Counted from the first letter of the stretch, positions 45,119 to 56,024 are shown. The stretch is 64,000 nucleotides of DNA from Vicinamibacterales bacterium (GCA_963775345.1 CAVZIS010000007.1:85486-149485); one strand, 5' to 3'. Numbers and translations: made by a program. The notes: a model not told the origin generated them from the sequence alone.

Positions 45119-46189
45119 CTACCTCAACTTGAATTCAACGGCGACCTCGACGATCACGTCCACGGGCTGCCCCAGGCGGGTGGCCGGTGCAAATCGCCAC
45201 TGCCGCACGGCGGCGATTGCACGTTCGTTGAGTCCGTTGGGCAGGCCGCTGATCAGCTTGACGTCGCTGACCGATCCATCACGTCGGACCACGATCTCGA
45301 GCACCACCTCGCCTTCGAGATTCCGCAGACGGGCCTCTTCGGTGTAACCGGCCTTCACTTCCTTGAGCAATCGAGGCGGCATGATTCCGCTGCCCGGTCG
45401 ATAAGGGCCTCCACCCATCCCGCCGCCTGATCCTTCGCCAATCCCAGAGCCGTCGCCCTTGCCGAGGCCGGTGCCGGTACCCGAGCCCACGCCTCCGCCC
45501 GCTCCTGGTCCGCGGCTTTCGCTCTCCTTTGGCGCGGGCGTGTCGATGACGCCAGGCCGATCCTCTTGATTCGCGGCGACGGTTGCGACCGGCGCGACGA
45601 CTGGCGGAAGCGGCTCTGGCTTCACAACGGGCGGCGGCGGTGGGGGTTCTGGCTCTGGAACCGGCTCAACCGGCTTGGGCGCCTTTCGGATCGGAATCGG
45701 GCTGTCGAGTGACGATTTTCCCTTGCGCTGCGCGCGAGGTGGAGGCGCTTTCTGACGGAGGCCGCCCCCGCCGCCCCCGCCCCCTGGACCCGGCGAGGCG
45801 ATGAAGACCAGGCGTGTCGACAAGGGCTCGCTTTGCAGGCGCTCGGGTTCGACAGCCTGCGGCAAGCCTATCGTGCTTATCAAAATGATAGAAGCGGCGA
45901 CGCCTGCGTGAAAGGCGCTGGAAACGGCAATCGGTAATCGCGGGGAGGCATGAACGAACTCCGGGCGATCGAAGAGCATCGCGGCACTGCGACCGCCATC
46001 TACACGAAGCGATCGGACGGCCGCAATGGCATCGGCCGGCGCAAAAAACAGCGCCGTGGCGCCCACGACCGGCCGCAGCTTTCCGGCGTCAACCAGCGCT
46101 TCGACGCGGGCGGCAGGTACGCCCGCAGCTTGTGCGATTTCGGCGACCGAGTACACATCCACTGGGAGGTTTTTCGGTGTAAGAGTCAT
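45119..46189 (-). CDS. TonB C-terminal-domain protein with N-terminal helix-turn-helix, TM segment, Gly- and Pro-rich linkers
   Basis: Intact 356 aa. YSVAEIAQAAGVPAARVEALVDAGKLRPV resembles an excisionase/MerR-type HTH. The TM segment is LPIAVSSAFHAGVAASIILISTIGL, followed by PEPEPPPPPPVVKPEPLPP and the TonB_C region PRLLKEVKAGYTEEARLRNLEGEVVLEIVVRRDGSV..V. Confidence 0.75.
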   Translation of the reverse strand: MTLTPKNLPVDVYSVAEIAQAAGVPAARVEALVDAGKLRPVVGATALFFAPADAIAAVRSLRVDGGRSAAMLFDRPEFVHASPRLPIAVSSAFHAGVAASIILISTIGLPQAVEPERLQSEPLSTRLVFIASPGPGGGGGGGGLRQKAPPPRAQRKGKSSLDSPIPIRKAPKPVEPVPEPEPPPPPPVVKPEPLPPVVAPVATVAANQEDRPGVIDTPAPKESESRGPGAGGGVGSGTGTGLGKGDGSGIGEGSGGGMGGGPYRPGSGIMPPRLLKEVKAGYTEEARLRNLEGEVVLEIVVRRDGSVSDVKLISGLPNGLNERAIAAVRQWRFAPATRLGQPVDVIVEVAVEFKLR

Positions 46190-46285
46190 CGAGGGTTATG
46201 CCCGCAGTTTTCTGAGGCAAAACCCTTGCCGTGCGTTTCCAGCGAATTGCTTGGAAAAATGAGGGTTACTGGCGCAGTGTCCACG

Positions 46286-46848
46286 CTAACGTACGCCTTC
46301 GAAGAAGGACAACCCATCGCGCTGTGCGAGAGCGCGCGCGCCTCGAAAGCCTTCGGCCTGGAGCGCAGCGACCGCGCCACCCGAGTAGTGGGGATCCACA
46401 GGCGGGCCGCTCGACGATTTCACCAGTGCACCCAGGCCAGCACGAGGCGCCCGCTCGATGATGACGATCCGGCCGCGCGGTATGAGAGTGCGGAACGCCT
46501 CTTTCAAGGTCGCCACGCGCTGCTCGGGCCGCATGCTCGACAACAGCCCTTCCTGATTGTCGAGCACAATCAGGTCGAACGATCCGTCCTCGAACGGAAA
46601 ATTGTCAGATGGCCGGTCTCGATCTCGAGGAGCGCGCCGGCTTTTTCGGCGCCTCGTCGCGCGCGCGCCGCATCGGCGTCGGTCGGTACGATCGCGCACG
46701 CACGGCCGCTCAACCCGACTTTGGAGCTGAGTGCGCCAACGAGCGAGGAGTCAGTGCACCCGATATTCAGCAATCGATCGCCAAGCTTGACGCCGGTCAT
46801 CGCGATTGACAGAGAATGCTTCTCTCCGCCTTTCCGAAAGAGTCCCAT
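46286..46848 (-). CDS. class I SAM-dependent methyltransferase; one frame break near 46610
   Basis: MGLFRKGG..., LLNIGCTDSSL (motif I-like), FPFEDGSFDLIVLDN, LIPRGRIVIIE. Confidence 0.65.
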
Positions 46849-46867
46849 CACACGGTAGATGATATAG

Positions 46868-48187
46868 TTGCCGGCTGTGAAAAATCCTGAAATCGCGCCG
46901 GCAAGAGGCAAGCTCGGGATTCTGCTGGTCGGTCTCGGAGCGGTCAGTACGACGACAATTGCCGGCGTCCTTGCTGTTCGCAAGGGGCTCGCGCGCCCGA
47001 TCGGCTCGCTGACGCAGATGGGCACGGTGAGGCTGGGGAAGCGAACCGAAGGCCGATCGCCCAGGATCAGCGAAATCGTTCCGCTCGCGGGGCTGGACGA
47101 TATCGTGTTCGGCGGCTGGGACATCTTCGAAGAGAACTCGTACCAGGCTGCCCGCACGGCGGGCGTTCTCGACAGTTCCTTGCTCGATCAACTCCGGCCC
47201 GAGCTCGAGGCCATCAAGCCATGGCCCGCGGTGTTCGACCAGCGCTACGTGAAGAGGCTCGACGGCCCGAATGTGAAGACCGGCAGCAGCAAGAGAGAGC
47301 TGGCCGAGCAGGTTCGTGCCGACATCCGCAACTTCAGGAGCCAGCACGGCCTCGACCGCATGGTGATGGTGTGGTGCGGCAGCACCGAAGTCTTCATGAA
47401 GGAGTCGGGCGCACATCAGTCGCTCGAGGCTTTTGAAAAGGCGCTCGAAGCGAACGACCCCACCATCCCGTCGAGCATGATCTATACCTACGCCGCCTTG
47501 ATGGAAGACGTGCCGTACGCCAACGGCGCGCCCAATCTGTCGGTCGATGTTCCCGCAATGATGGCTCTCGCGCAGCAGAAAAAGCTGCCCGTCGTCGGCA
47601 AGGATTTCAAGACCGGGCAGACATGGATGAAGACCGTGATCGCGCCAGGCATCAAGGCGAGGCTGCTTGGCGTGGATGGCTGGTACTCCACCAACATTCT
47701 CGGCAATCGAGATGGGGAAGTGCTGGACGACCCGGAATCGTTCAAGACGAAGGAAGAGAGCAAGAAGTCCGTGCTCGACTACATCCTTCAGCCTCAGTTG
47801 TACCCCGAACTGTATCGCGATCTGTGTCACGTCGTCCGGATCAACTACTACCCGCCGCGCGGCGACAACAAGGAAGGGTGGGACAACATCGATCTGGTCG
47901 GCTGGCTTGGCTACAAGATGCAGCTGAAGATCGATTTCCTGTGCCGTGACAGTATCCTTGCCGCGCCGATTGTTCTCGACCTCGCGCTGTTTCTCGACCT
48001 CGCGAAGCGCGCCGGTATGTCCGGAATCCAGGAGTGGCTGTCGTTCTACTTCAAAAGCCCCATGCACGCTCCGGGGCTGTATCCCGAGCACGACCTGTTC
48101 ATCCAGTTGATGAAGTTGAAGAACACGCTGCGCTATATGGTGGGCGAAGAGCTGATCACCCACCTTGGTCTCGAGTACTACGATTAG
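46868..48187 (+). CDS. ino1: inositol-3-phosphate synthase (myo-inositol-1-phosphate synthase)
   Basis: Intact 439 aa with a TTG start: LGILLVGLGAVSTT, YANGAPN, GKDFKTGQT, STNILGNRDG, INYYPPRGDNKEGWDNIDL. Confidence 0.9.
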   Translation: MPAVKNPEIAPARGKLGILLVGLGAVSTTTIAGVLAVRKGLARPIGSLTQMGTVRLGKRTEGRSPRISEIVPLAGLDDIVFGGWDIFEENSYQAARTAGVLDSSLLDQLRPELEAIKPWPAVFDQRYVKRLDGPNVKTGSSKRELAEQVRADIRNFRSQHGLDRMVMVWCGSTEVFMKESGAHQSLEAFEKALEANDPTIPSSMIYTYAALMEDVPYANGAPNLSVDVPAMMALAQQKKLPVVGKDFKTGQTWMKTVIAPGIKARLLGVDGWYSTNILGNRDGEVLDDPESFKTKEESKKSVLDYILQPQLYPELYRDLCHVVRINYYPPRGDNKEGWDNIDLVGWLGYKMQLKIDFLCRDSILAAPIVLDLALFLDLAKRAGMSGIQEWLSFYFKSPMHAPGLYPEHDLFIQLMKLKNTLRYMVGEELITHLGLEYYD

Positions 48188-48220
48188 GCGTGCACTGCAG
48201 CGCAATTGCGTGCAGGTTGC

Positions 48221-48262
48221 GCCCCAATCCCCAGCTCCTCCTCCCCAGTTTCTCATCCCCAA
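48221..48262. repeat. C-rich heptamer tract (CCCCAAT / CCCCAGT class) downstream of ino1
   Basis: gccccaa tccccag ctcctcc tccccag tttctca tccccaa. The unit matches the ATCCCTA arm class at 44863-44893. Confidence 0.55.
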
Positions 48263-48337
48263 CGCTTCTATCGCTTTACAAGCGAAGTACCGAAATAACA
48301 CTCGTTCGAAGAGCCCGTCATATCTTGGGAGATCGAC

Positions 48338-49208
48338 ATGTACGAGTACTATTACGGGTTCACCGAAAAGCCCTTCAGCCTGACGCCGGACCCGAAGTAC
48401 CTGTTCAAGAGCGAATCGCACGCGAACGCGTACGACCTACTGCAGTACGCCGTGCTGCCGCCGTGAAGGTTTCGCGGTCGTGACGGGCGACATCGGCACG
48501 GGCAAAACGACACTGTGTCGTGCGCTGATCGAACAAATCGACCGGAACACGTTCTCGTCGCTCGTGCTGAATCCGTTTTTGTCCGAGGAAGATTTGCTGA
48601 AGCTGATCCTGCAGGACTTCGGTGTGGTATCGCGCGAGGACGTGAAGCGCGGCCGGCTCGCACGCGTGGCCAAACAGGAGCTGCTCGAGACGATTTACGA
48701 TTTCCTCCTCAGCCTGCTGCCACTACGGGCGAGTGCGGTGCTGGTCATCGACGAAGCGCAGAATCTGCCGATTCCCGTGCTGGAGCAAATTCGCATTCTG
48801 TCGAATCTCGAGACCGACAAGGCCAAGCTGTTGCAGATCGTGCTCGTCGGACAGCTGAACCTGCATCCCTTGCTCAAGGCGCCACAGATGCGCCAGCTCG
48901 ATCAGCGTGTGTCGATCCGGTCTCAGCTCCGGCCTCTGAGTCGTGACGAAGTGGCGGAGTACGTCTCGCATCGCCTCATCGTGGCAGGCGGAGCCGCGTC
49001 GATCATGTTTCAACCCAGGGCGCTCGATCTCCTGCATAGCCGTTCGGGCGGCATCCCCCGTCTCGTGAATCTGGTGTGCGATCGCTCTCTTCTGGCGGCA
49101 TATTCCGCGAGGACCAATCGCATCTCTCCCGAGATGGTCCATCAGGCTGCGGAGAACCTAGAGTTGTTCGAAGAGCCGGCGAAGGAGAAAATCGAAAGCA
49201 GAAAGTAA
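48338..49208 (+). CDS. ExeA/GspA-like AAA ATPase (resembles the PEP-CTERM-locus secretion ATPase subfamily); one frame break near 48460
   Basis: [28 protein letters not shown], Walker [10 protein letters not shown], Walker [10 protein letters not shown]. The last codons SRK-TAA lie in a purine heptamer tract (49181-49216). Confidence 0.8.
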
Positions 49209-49216
49209 AAAGCAGA

Positions 49217-51208
49217 ATGTCGTATCCTTCCCCCATGGCCGCAAACGATCCCGAAATCTCGGCGCTCCTGCACGAAGACCGTGTTTTCGCTCCCCCGCCG
49301 CAGTTCCGTGCCGATGCCACTGTCCGCGACGCAGCGATCTATGAGGAAGCTGAGCGCGACTACGAAGGGTTCTGGGCGAGGTTTGCCTCAGAGCTCGAGT
49401 GGACCCGCAAATGGACGAAGGTCCTCGAGTGGAACCCGCCGCATGCAAAGTGGTTCATCGGCGGACAGATCAACGCATCGGTCAATTGCGTGGATCGTCA
49501 CATCCGCAGCGCGCGCCGCAACAAAGCTGCGATCGTGTGGGAAGGAGAACCTGGCGACCGCCGCACGCTGACCTATTTCGATCTCTATCGCCAGGTGAGC
49601 GCCTTCGCGAACGTTTTGAAATCGCTCGGCGTCAAGAAGGGCGATCGCATCGCGATTTACATGCCGCTCGTGCCGGAGCTGGCGGTCGCGATGCTTGCCT
49701 GCGCGCGGCTCGGCGCACCACACAGCATCGTGTTCGGCGGTTTCAGCGCCGAATCCCTGCGCGATCGCATCAATGACGCGCAATGCAAGCTCCTGATCAC
49801 GGCGGATGGCGGATACCGGCGCGGGTCGGTCGTGCCGCTGCTGAAGGTCGCTCACGAAGCCATCGAGGGCACACCTTCGATCGAGAACATGATTGTGCTT
49901 CGGCGGCTTGATGGGTTAGGTTCCGGGGCTGATCAGGCGGGCGGCCCGAAGTCTGGAGTCCAAATCCATGACTGGCACGCACTGATGGCAAAGGCTCCCC
50001 TCGACTGCCCGGCCGAACCGATGGACTCCGAGGACCTTCTCTACATTCTTTATACGTCGGGCACAACGGGAAAACCGAAAGGCATCATGCACACAACCGG
50101 GGGGTACCTCACCGGAACTTACGCCACGTCCAAGTTGGTATTCGATCTCAAGGAAGACGACGTCTATTGGTGCACGGCCGATATCGGCTGGGTCACTGGC
50201 CACAGTTACGTCGTCTACGGACCGTTGGCCAACGGGGCGACCGTCGTGATGTACGAAGGCGCACCAGACTGGCCCCGGAAGGACAGGTTGTGGGAGATCA
50301 TCGAGCGGCTCGGCGTGACCGTCTTCTATACCGCGCCAACAGCGATACGCGCGTTCATGAAGTGGGGGACTGAGTGGCCGAAGCGCCATAACATGTCCAC
50401 CCTGCGATTACTGGGATCGGTGGGGGAGCCTATCAACCCGGAAGCATGGATCTGGTACCACAAGAACATCGGCGGCGAGCGTTGCCCCATCGTCGACACA
50501 TGGTGGCAGACAGAGACCGGGATGATCATGATTACGCCCCTGCCCGGCATCACGCAGCTCAAGCCGGGATCGGCCACGGTGCCCTTCCCCGGGATCAAGG
50601 CGGAAATCCGGATGCAATCCGGGGAGGTCGTGAATGTAGGGGGCGGGTTGCTGGCGCTCACGAGGCCCTGGCCCGCGATGCTCCGGGGGATTTACGGCGA
50701 TCCCGAACGCTTCGTGAAGCAGTACTGGAGCAAGTGGGATCGCGCCACTTACTTTACGGGCGACGGGGCGAAGCGAGACGATGACGGCTACTTCTGGGTG
50801 CTCGGACGCGTGGACGACGTGATTAATGTGGCGGGCCATCGTATCGGGACAATGGAAGTGGAGAGCGCCCTGGTTGATCATCCGAAGGTGGCGGAGGCGG
50901 CGGTCGTCGGACGGACCGACGATCTGAAAGGCCAGGCGATTGCGGCTTTTGTGATCCTCAAAGAGGGAAACGCCGCGGCTCCTGATCTGGCTGCAGAATT
51001 GAAAGAACATGTCGTCAAGAAGATCGGATCGATTGCACGGCCGGAAGATATCCTGTTTGCTGCGGACCTTCCGAAGACCCGGTCCGGCAAGATCATGCGC
51101 CGCCTGCTGAAGGACATTGCCGAGGGTAAAACCCTCGGCGACACGACAACGCTTGCCGATCCGGGTGTCATTGCCAGGTTGAAGGCCGAGTACGAAGAGG
51201 GCGGCTGA
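49217..51208 (+). CDS. acs: acetyl-CoA synthetase (AMP-forming)
   Basis: Intact 663 codons from ATG 49217: [60 protein letters not shown]. Confidence 0.95.
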   Translation: MSYPSPMAANDPEISALLHEDRVFAPPPQFRADATVRDAAIYEEAERDYEGFWARFASELEWTRKWTKVLEWNPPHAKWFIGGQINASVNCVDRHIRSARRNKAAIVWEGEPGDRRTLTYFDLYRQVSAFANVLKSLGVKKGDRIAIYMPLVPELAVAMLACARLGAPHSIVFGGFSAESLRDRINDAQCKLLITADGGYRRGSVVPLLKVAHEAIEGTPSIENMIVLRRLDGLGSGADQAGGPKSGVQIHDWHALMAKAPLDCPAEPMDSEDLLYILYTSGTTGKPKGIMHTTGGYLTGTYATSKLVFDLKEDDVYWCTADIGWVTGHSYVVYGPLANGATVVMYEGAPDWPRKDRLWEIIERLGVTVFYTAPTAIRAFMKWGTEWPKRHNMSTLRLLGSVGEPINPEAWIWYHKNIGGERCPIVDTWWQTETGMIMITPLPGITQLKPGSATVPFPGIKAEIRMQSGEVVNVGGGLLALTRPWPAMLRGIYGDPERFVKQYWSKWDRATYFTGDGAKRDDDGYFWVLGRVDDVINVAGHRIGTMEVESALVDHPKVAEAAVVGRTDDLKGQAIAAFVILKEGNAAAPDLAAELKEHVVKKIGSIARPEDILFAADLPKTRSGKIMRRLLKDIAEGKTLGDTTTLADPGVIARLKAEYEEGG

Positions 51209-51270
51209 GTGGTGGATCAGCCTCTGGAACTGGAACCCAACCTTCGTTGCCGTCGTATGAGTGAGTAGCT

Positions 51271-51975
51271 ATGGCCCTCATCGAAACCCAAGATCTCTGG
51301 AAGACGTACGTAATGGGCGAGGAAGAGATCCACGCGCTGCAGGGTGTGTCGATTTCGATCGAGCGCGGCGAATACGTCGCAATCATGGGCCCTTCCGGGT
51401 CGGGCAAGTCAACGCTCATGAACCTGATCGGCTGTCTCGATACGCCGAGCAAGGGAAGCTACCTCCTGAACGCCCAGGAGGTCGCGCGGATGAACGACAA
51501 CGAGCTGGCACGCATCCGCAACGAAGAGATCGGGTTTGTGTTTCAGACCTTCAATCTGCTGCCACGTGCGACCGCGCTCCACAATGTCGAGTTGCCGCTG
51601 GTTTACGCCGGAGTGCCTGCCGTGGATCGTCAGGCCCGCGCGAGAGCTGCTTTGGAGAAGGTCGAGCTGGGGCCGCGCATGCAGCATCGTCCCAACGAGC
51701 TTTCGGGCGGTCAGCGCCAGCGCGTTGCGATCGCCCGTGCGCTCGTCAACAATCCATCGATCCTTCTGGCCGACGAGCCAACCGGGAATCTCGATTCGAA
51801 AACCGGCGCCGAAATCATGGGACTCTTCGCCCGTCTTCACGAAGCCGGCAATACGATCGTCCTCGTGACTCACGAAGCAGATGTTGCGGCATATGCGCAC
51901 CGGACCCTTCACTTGCGCGATGGGATGGTCGAACGAGACGTCCGGGAGCAGCGCGCCGCAATCAGTGCACCGTAG
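51271..51975 (+). CDS. ABC transporter ATP-binding protein (MacB/LolD-type)
   Basis: Intact 234 aa with Walker [10 protein letters not shown], signature LSGGQRQR and Walker B ILLADEPT. No permease gene is adjacent. Confidence 0.9.
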   Translation: MALIETQDLWKTYVMGEEEIHALQGVSISIERGEYVAIMGPSGSGKSTLMNLIGCLDTPSKGSYLLNAQEVARMNDNELARIRNEEIGFVFQTFNLLPRATALHNVELPLVYAGVPAVDRQARARAALEKVELGPRMQHRPNELSGGQRQRVAIARALVNNPSILLADEPTGNLDSKTGAEIMGLFARLHEAGNTIVLVTHEADVAAYAHRTLHLRDGMVERDVREQRAAISAP

Positions 51976-52867
51976 AACGCTTTTTCAAACAGCGGCGAAG
52001 TGGCCGGGTGACGACCTCTCGCAGCGGCGCGTCCCAATTCACATCCTCAGGATTGAGCTCGATCCGCGCTGGCTTGTGGTCTGGATCCGGGATGGGAATC
52101 GCCGACAGCAGCGCCTTCGTGTAGGCGTGCTGCGGATTGCTGAAGAGACGCGCCGTGTCGGCCAGTTCGACGATTCGTCCGAGGTACATCACCGCTGTGC
52201 GCCGGCAGATATGCTCGACCAGCCGAAGATCGTGGGCGATGAAGAGATAGGTGAGCCCGAGTTTTTCCTGGAGCTCGATCAGCAGATTCACGACCTGCGC
52301 CTGAATGGACACGTCGAGCGCCGACACGGGCTCGTCGGCGATGATCAACGATGGATTGAGCGCGAGCGCGCGGGCGACGCCGATGCGCTGCCGCTGGCCG
52401 CCGCTGAACTCATGTGGATACCGGTCGATCGTTGCGGGATCCAATCCCACCAGGCGGTAAAGATCGAGCACCCGGCCTCTTCGTTCGTCGCGGCTGCCCA
52501 TCTGGTGGATGATGAGCGGCTCTTCAATGATCTGCCGCACGCGCATTCGAGGATTCAGCGAAGAATAGGGGTCCTGAAACACAATCTGCATGTTGCGGCG
52601 GGCCAGCCGCATCTCCTCACGCGAGAACGCCAGCACATCCTCGCCGCGAAAGAGCACCTGGCCCGACGTCGGCTCGATCAACCGCAGGATGCATCGGCCA
52701 GTGGTCGTCTTTCCGCTGCCGGATTCGCCAACCAGACCGAACGTTTCGCCTTGATCGACCGCGAAGCTGACGTTGTTTACCGCGCGTACCACGCTGGCTC
52801 TGGTGAGAAAACCCTCACGGCGGGTGAATTCCTTGACAAGTTGACGGACTTCGACGAGCGGAGCCAT
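51962..52867 (-). CDS. oligopeptide/dipeptide ABC transporter ATP-binding protein (OppF/DppF-type)
   Basis: Start [43 protein letters not shown]. The ORF track extends it to 52990. Confidence 0.9.
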   Translation of the reverse strand: MAPLVEVRQLVKEFTRREGFLTRASVVRAVNNVSFAVDQGETFGLVGESGSGKTTTGRCILRLIEPTSGQVLFRGEDVLAFSREEMRLARRNMQIVFQDPYSSLNPRMRVRQIIEEPLIIHQMGSRDERRGRVLDLYRLVGLDPATIDRYPHEFSGGQRQRIGVARALALNPSLIIADEPVSALDVSIQAQVVNLLIELQEKLGLTYLFIAHDLRLVEHICRRTAVMYLGRIVELADTARLFSNPQHAYTKALLSAIPIPDPDHKPARIELNPEDVNWDAPLREVVTRPLRRCLKKRSTVH

Positions 52868-53850
52868 TACCGCCGTACCGGGTCGTGAAGGTAGCACCGC
52901 GCCTGCTGGCCGGGTGTCACCTTGTAGGGTGGAGGTGGCGCGGTCGGGCAGCGGTCGAAACGTTCCGGGCAGCGAGGCTCGAATGCGCAACCCGGAGGAA
53001 GACTGGCCAGGTTGGGAACCGTGCCCTCGATCGCCTGAAGTCGCTGGCCGGGCGCGCCCCCCGGAATCGATGCCAGCAATCCTCGCGTATACGGGTGAGC
53101 GGGAGAGTGGAAGATCTGCCGCATGGGGCCTTCCTCGACGATCCGCCCGGCGTACATGACGGCTACGCGATCCGCATGGCCGGCCACTACGCCGAGATCG
53201 TGCGTGATCAGAAGCAGCGCAAGATGAAATCGTTCCTTCATTTCCTGCAGGAGGTCGAGAATCTCAGCCTGGATCGTCACGTCCAGAGCCGTCGTTGGTT
53301 CGTCGGCGATCAGCAGCAGCGGCTGGCAGGCCAGCGCGATCGCAATCAGCACGCGCTGCCGCATTCCGCCGGACAATTGGTGGGGATAATCTCGCAATCG
53401 CCGGGCAGGGTCGGGAATCCGCACGGCGTCGAGCAATTCCAGCGCTTTTGCACGCGCCTGCGAGCGCGACAATTTGTCGTGGACGAGCAATGCTTCGGCA
53501 ATCTGAGCGCCTACCGTAAAAACAGGGTTCAGAGCGGTCATCGGCTCCTGAAAGATGAAGCCGATTTCCGCGCCTCGTATAGTGCGCATTTGCCGCTCGC
53601 TGAGCTCGAGGAGATCGTGCCGGCCGTTGAAACTGACTGGACCGCCCTGAACTTCTCCCGGAGGCTGAACCAGCCGGAGGATTGAAAGAGCGGTCATGGA
53701 CTTGCCGCTTCCCGACTCGCCGACGATGCCGAGTGTCTCCCCTCGCCGGAGCTCGAAGCTGACATGATCCACCGCTCGCACCACGCCTGTCCGAACCTTG
53801 AAGGTCGTCGTCAGGTCGTGGACGCGCAACAGGGGCGTCTCTGTTGGCAC
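52867..53850 (-). CDS. oligopeptide/dipeptide ABC transporter ATP-binding protein (OppD/DppD-type)
   Basis: Intact 327 aa with a GTG start: [29 protein letters not shown], and a C-terminal Cys-rich Opp/Dpp extension CAFEPRCP..C. The stop overlaps the next ATG (TAATG). Confidence 0.9.
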   Translation of the reverse strand: MPTETPLLRVHDLTTTFKVRTGVVRAVDHVSFELRRGETLGIVGESGSGKSMTALSILRLVQPPGEVQGGPVSFNGRHDLLELSERQMRTIRGAEIGFIFQEPMTALNPVFTVGAQIAEALLVHDKLSRSQARAKALELLDAVRIPDPARRLRDYPHQLSGGMRQRVLIAIALACQPLLLIADEPTTALDVTIQAEILDLLQEMKERFHLALLLITHDLGVVAGHADRVAVMYAGRIVEEGPMRQIFHSPAHPYTRGLLASIPGGAPGQRLQAIEGTVPNLASLPPGCAFEPRCPERFDRCPTAPPPPYKVTPGQQARCYLHDPVRR

Positions 53851-53852
53851 GG

Positions 53853-55446
53853 CTAAGACGCTTCCCGATGCTCGCCGAAGATATCGCGAAGCGCGTCCGA
53901 GATTTCTCCGACCGTTGCCTTTGCGCGCACAGCCGCGATGATGGCGGGCACCAGGTTGGCGTCGCCAGCGGCGGTCCGCCGGACCGTCTCGAGTGAATCA
54001 CGCCAGGATGTGTCCCGGGCGGTGCGGACCTTTCGCAACCGTTCCTGCTGCACGCGGTCGATTTCGGGATCGATGATGAAGGTCGGAATCGAGGCGCCTC
54101 CGTCGGTCTGAAATCGTGTGACGCCCACGACCGTAGCCTCACCCGTCTCAATCGCGCGCTGCGCACGGTATGCCGACTCCTGTATCTCGCCTTGAATGAG
54201 TCCAGACTCGATGGCTCTCAACGTTCCACCCATGGAGTCGATGCGCTTCAAGAGCGCGCGTGAGGCTTCCTCGATATCGTTGGTCCGGGTCTCGATCTCG
54301 TACGAGCCCGCCGACCGGATCAACGGTGTTCACGACTCCCGTCTCGTGCGCGATGATCTGCTGGGTCCGGAGCGCGAGCGTGGCCGATTCCTCGGTTGGC
54401 AGCGCAAGGGCTTCGTCGCGAGCGTTGCAGTGAAGCGATTGCGCCCCTCCGAGCACCGCGGCCAGGGCCTGCAGTGCTATCCGGACGAGGTTGTTGTCGG
54501 GTTGTTGAGCGGTCAGCGTGCTGCCGGCGGTCTGCGCATGAAAGCGCATTTGTTGCGCACGCGGATTGGACACACCAAACCGTTCTTTCATGATCCGGGC
54601 CCATAGACGGCGCGCCGCGCGGAATTTCGCGATCTCTTCCAGGAAATCGTTGTGGGCCGCAAAGAAAAACGACACGCGCTCGCCGAGTGATTCGGGCGAC
54701 GACCCCTTTGCACGCCCCGCTTCGAGGTACGTGATGGCATTGGCCAGAGTAAAGGCCACCTCCTGGACGGCCGTGGCGCCCGCTTCTCGAATGTGATACC
54801 CGCTCACAGATATCGGATTCCATTGGGGCAGCTCGCGCTCGCAAAACGCGAAAATGTCGGTCACCAGGCGCAGCGATGCGAGTGGCGGATAGATGTAGGT
54901 CCCTCGCGCGAGATACTCCTTCAAAATGTCGTTCTGTACCGTTCCAGAGAGTTTCTCGCGCGGAAATCCTCGGTCATCGGCAAGTGCGATATACATCGCG
55001 AGCAGGATCATCGCCGTCGAATTGATCGTCATCGATGTCGAGACGCGGTCGAGCGGGATGCCTTCGAACAACGCTGCCATGTCGTCGAGCGTGTCGATCG
55101 CCACGCCCACACGTCCGACTTCGCCCGCTGCCAGCGCATGGTCGGAGTCGTATCCCATCTGGGTTGGAAGGTCGAAGGCGACGCTGAGGCCCGTGACGCC
55201 CTGCGCCAGAAGGTGCTGGTATCGACGGTTGGACTCGATCGCCGTACCAAAGCCGGCGTACTGACGCATCGTCCAGAGCCGTCCCCGGTACATCGTGGGC
55301 TGGATGCCCCGTGTAAACGGGTAGACACCGGGCTGTCCGAGGTCGCGGTCCGGATCCCAGCCGGCGAGATCGGCCGGAACGCGAGAAGAATCAACCATAT
55401 AAGGCCGTACACGTGATTCTATCGTCCTTGACAGTACCGGAACCAC
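53853..55446 (-). CDS. methylmalonyl-CoA mutase family protein, catalytic (N-terminal barrel) subunit without a B12-binding domain; one frame break near 54310
   Basis: [70 protein letters not shown]. It ends ...[18 protein letters not shown]. The start is GTG 55446 or ATG 55398. Confidence 0.85.
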
Positions 55447-55457
55447 GGACCTACAAT
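55428..55457 (+). promoter_or_regulatory. near-consensus sigma70-type promoter (TTGACA-N18-TACAAT) facing the small ORF at 55612
   Basis: TTGACA at 55428-55433 and TACAAT at 55452-55457, read directly from the sequence. This would give a leader of roughly 150 nt. Confidence 0.45.
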
Positions 55458-55611
55458 GAACACCGTCCTACATTTGTAGTTTCCCGAGTTCGATATTCTG
55501 AAAAATGGCCGAGTCCGGTGGACAGACTTCTGTCGAGCCAATGGTGTAGGCCGGAGACCTATTGCGCTAGGTCCGACCAAGAGCACTAGTTATAGGGGCT
55601 GGAGCCCAGAG

Positions 55612-55941
55612 ATGGAGGATCAATCAATGGATGACGTTGTCAACCGGCTGGCACGTGAGCTCGCCGATGCCATTGCTGCCGCAGTTGCAGATGATCCTCA
55701 AGTCGAGGCGTGCCGGGAAAAGGCCCGCGCCGCCGGGTTTGAAATGAAGGTGACGCTCGAGGCGGTCGTCGGCTTCGTCAGCCGTACAGTGACGGCCGAG
55801 AAGGGCGGGGCCATCGTCAAGGTCCCTGCCGCGAAGACCGTTGCAGCCCGCCGAGCGCTGGATATGACGGCCAACGATCGCCGGTTCCTGCGCTCTCTGA
55901 GAATCGCGGCGGATGAGGCGAAGAAAGAGGAAGTAGAGTAA
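55612..55941 (+). CDS. small hypothetical protein (104-109 aa), family not recognised
   Basis: Intact ORF. The second ATG (55627, MDDVVNRLARELADAIAAAV...) has a GGAGGA Shine-Dalgarno 7 nt upstream. The protein is Ala-rich and helical, with ...TANDRRFLRSLRIAADEAKKEEVE at the end. Confidence 0.5.
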   Translation: MEDQSMDDVVNRLARELADAIAAAVADDPQVEACREKARAAGFEMKVTLEAVVGFVSRTVTAEKGGAIVKVPAAKTVAARRALDMTANDRRFLRSLRIAADEAKKEEVE

Positions 55942-56024
55942 GCAGTAAGGAAGAAGGAAGAACGAAAAAGGAATAGAGCACGCGTGTCACGCCGCTCTTT
56001 TCCTTCTTCCTTCTTCCTTTTTCC

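Noticed and set aside
46751-48421. Very long ORFs antisense to well-supported genes (this one opposite ino1; also 40032..41150 opposite ispG, 21394..22434 opposite thrC, 583..1407 opposite the M16 peptidase, 17189..18250 opposite polA)
   Set aside because: Their translations are Arg/Ala/Gly-rich low-complexity sequence with no recognisable motifs, while the opposite strand encodes clear conserved proteins. These are typical stop-poor antisense frames of GC-rich DNA.
55483-55500. GAGTTCGAT motif resembling a tRNA T-arm
   Set aside because: The flanking bases do not form a T-stem (CCGAG versus TTCTG), and no acceptor or anticodon arms can be drawn. It is not a tRNA.
55548-55563. B12-box-like sequence AGGCCGGAGACCT in the leader next to the B12-dependent mutase gene (possible cobalamin riboswitch)
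   Set aside because: Only a partial B12 box is present. I could not find the other conserved cobalamin-riboswitch elements (the GGGAA junction, the GCCACUG/CCCGCAAC-type core) in the ~150-nt leader. B12 riboswitches usually control transport or biosynthesis genes, not a small unknown ORF. An Infernal scan is needed to be certain.
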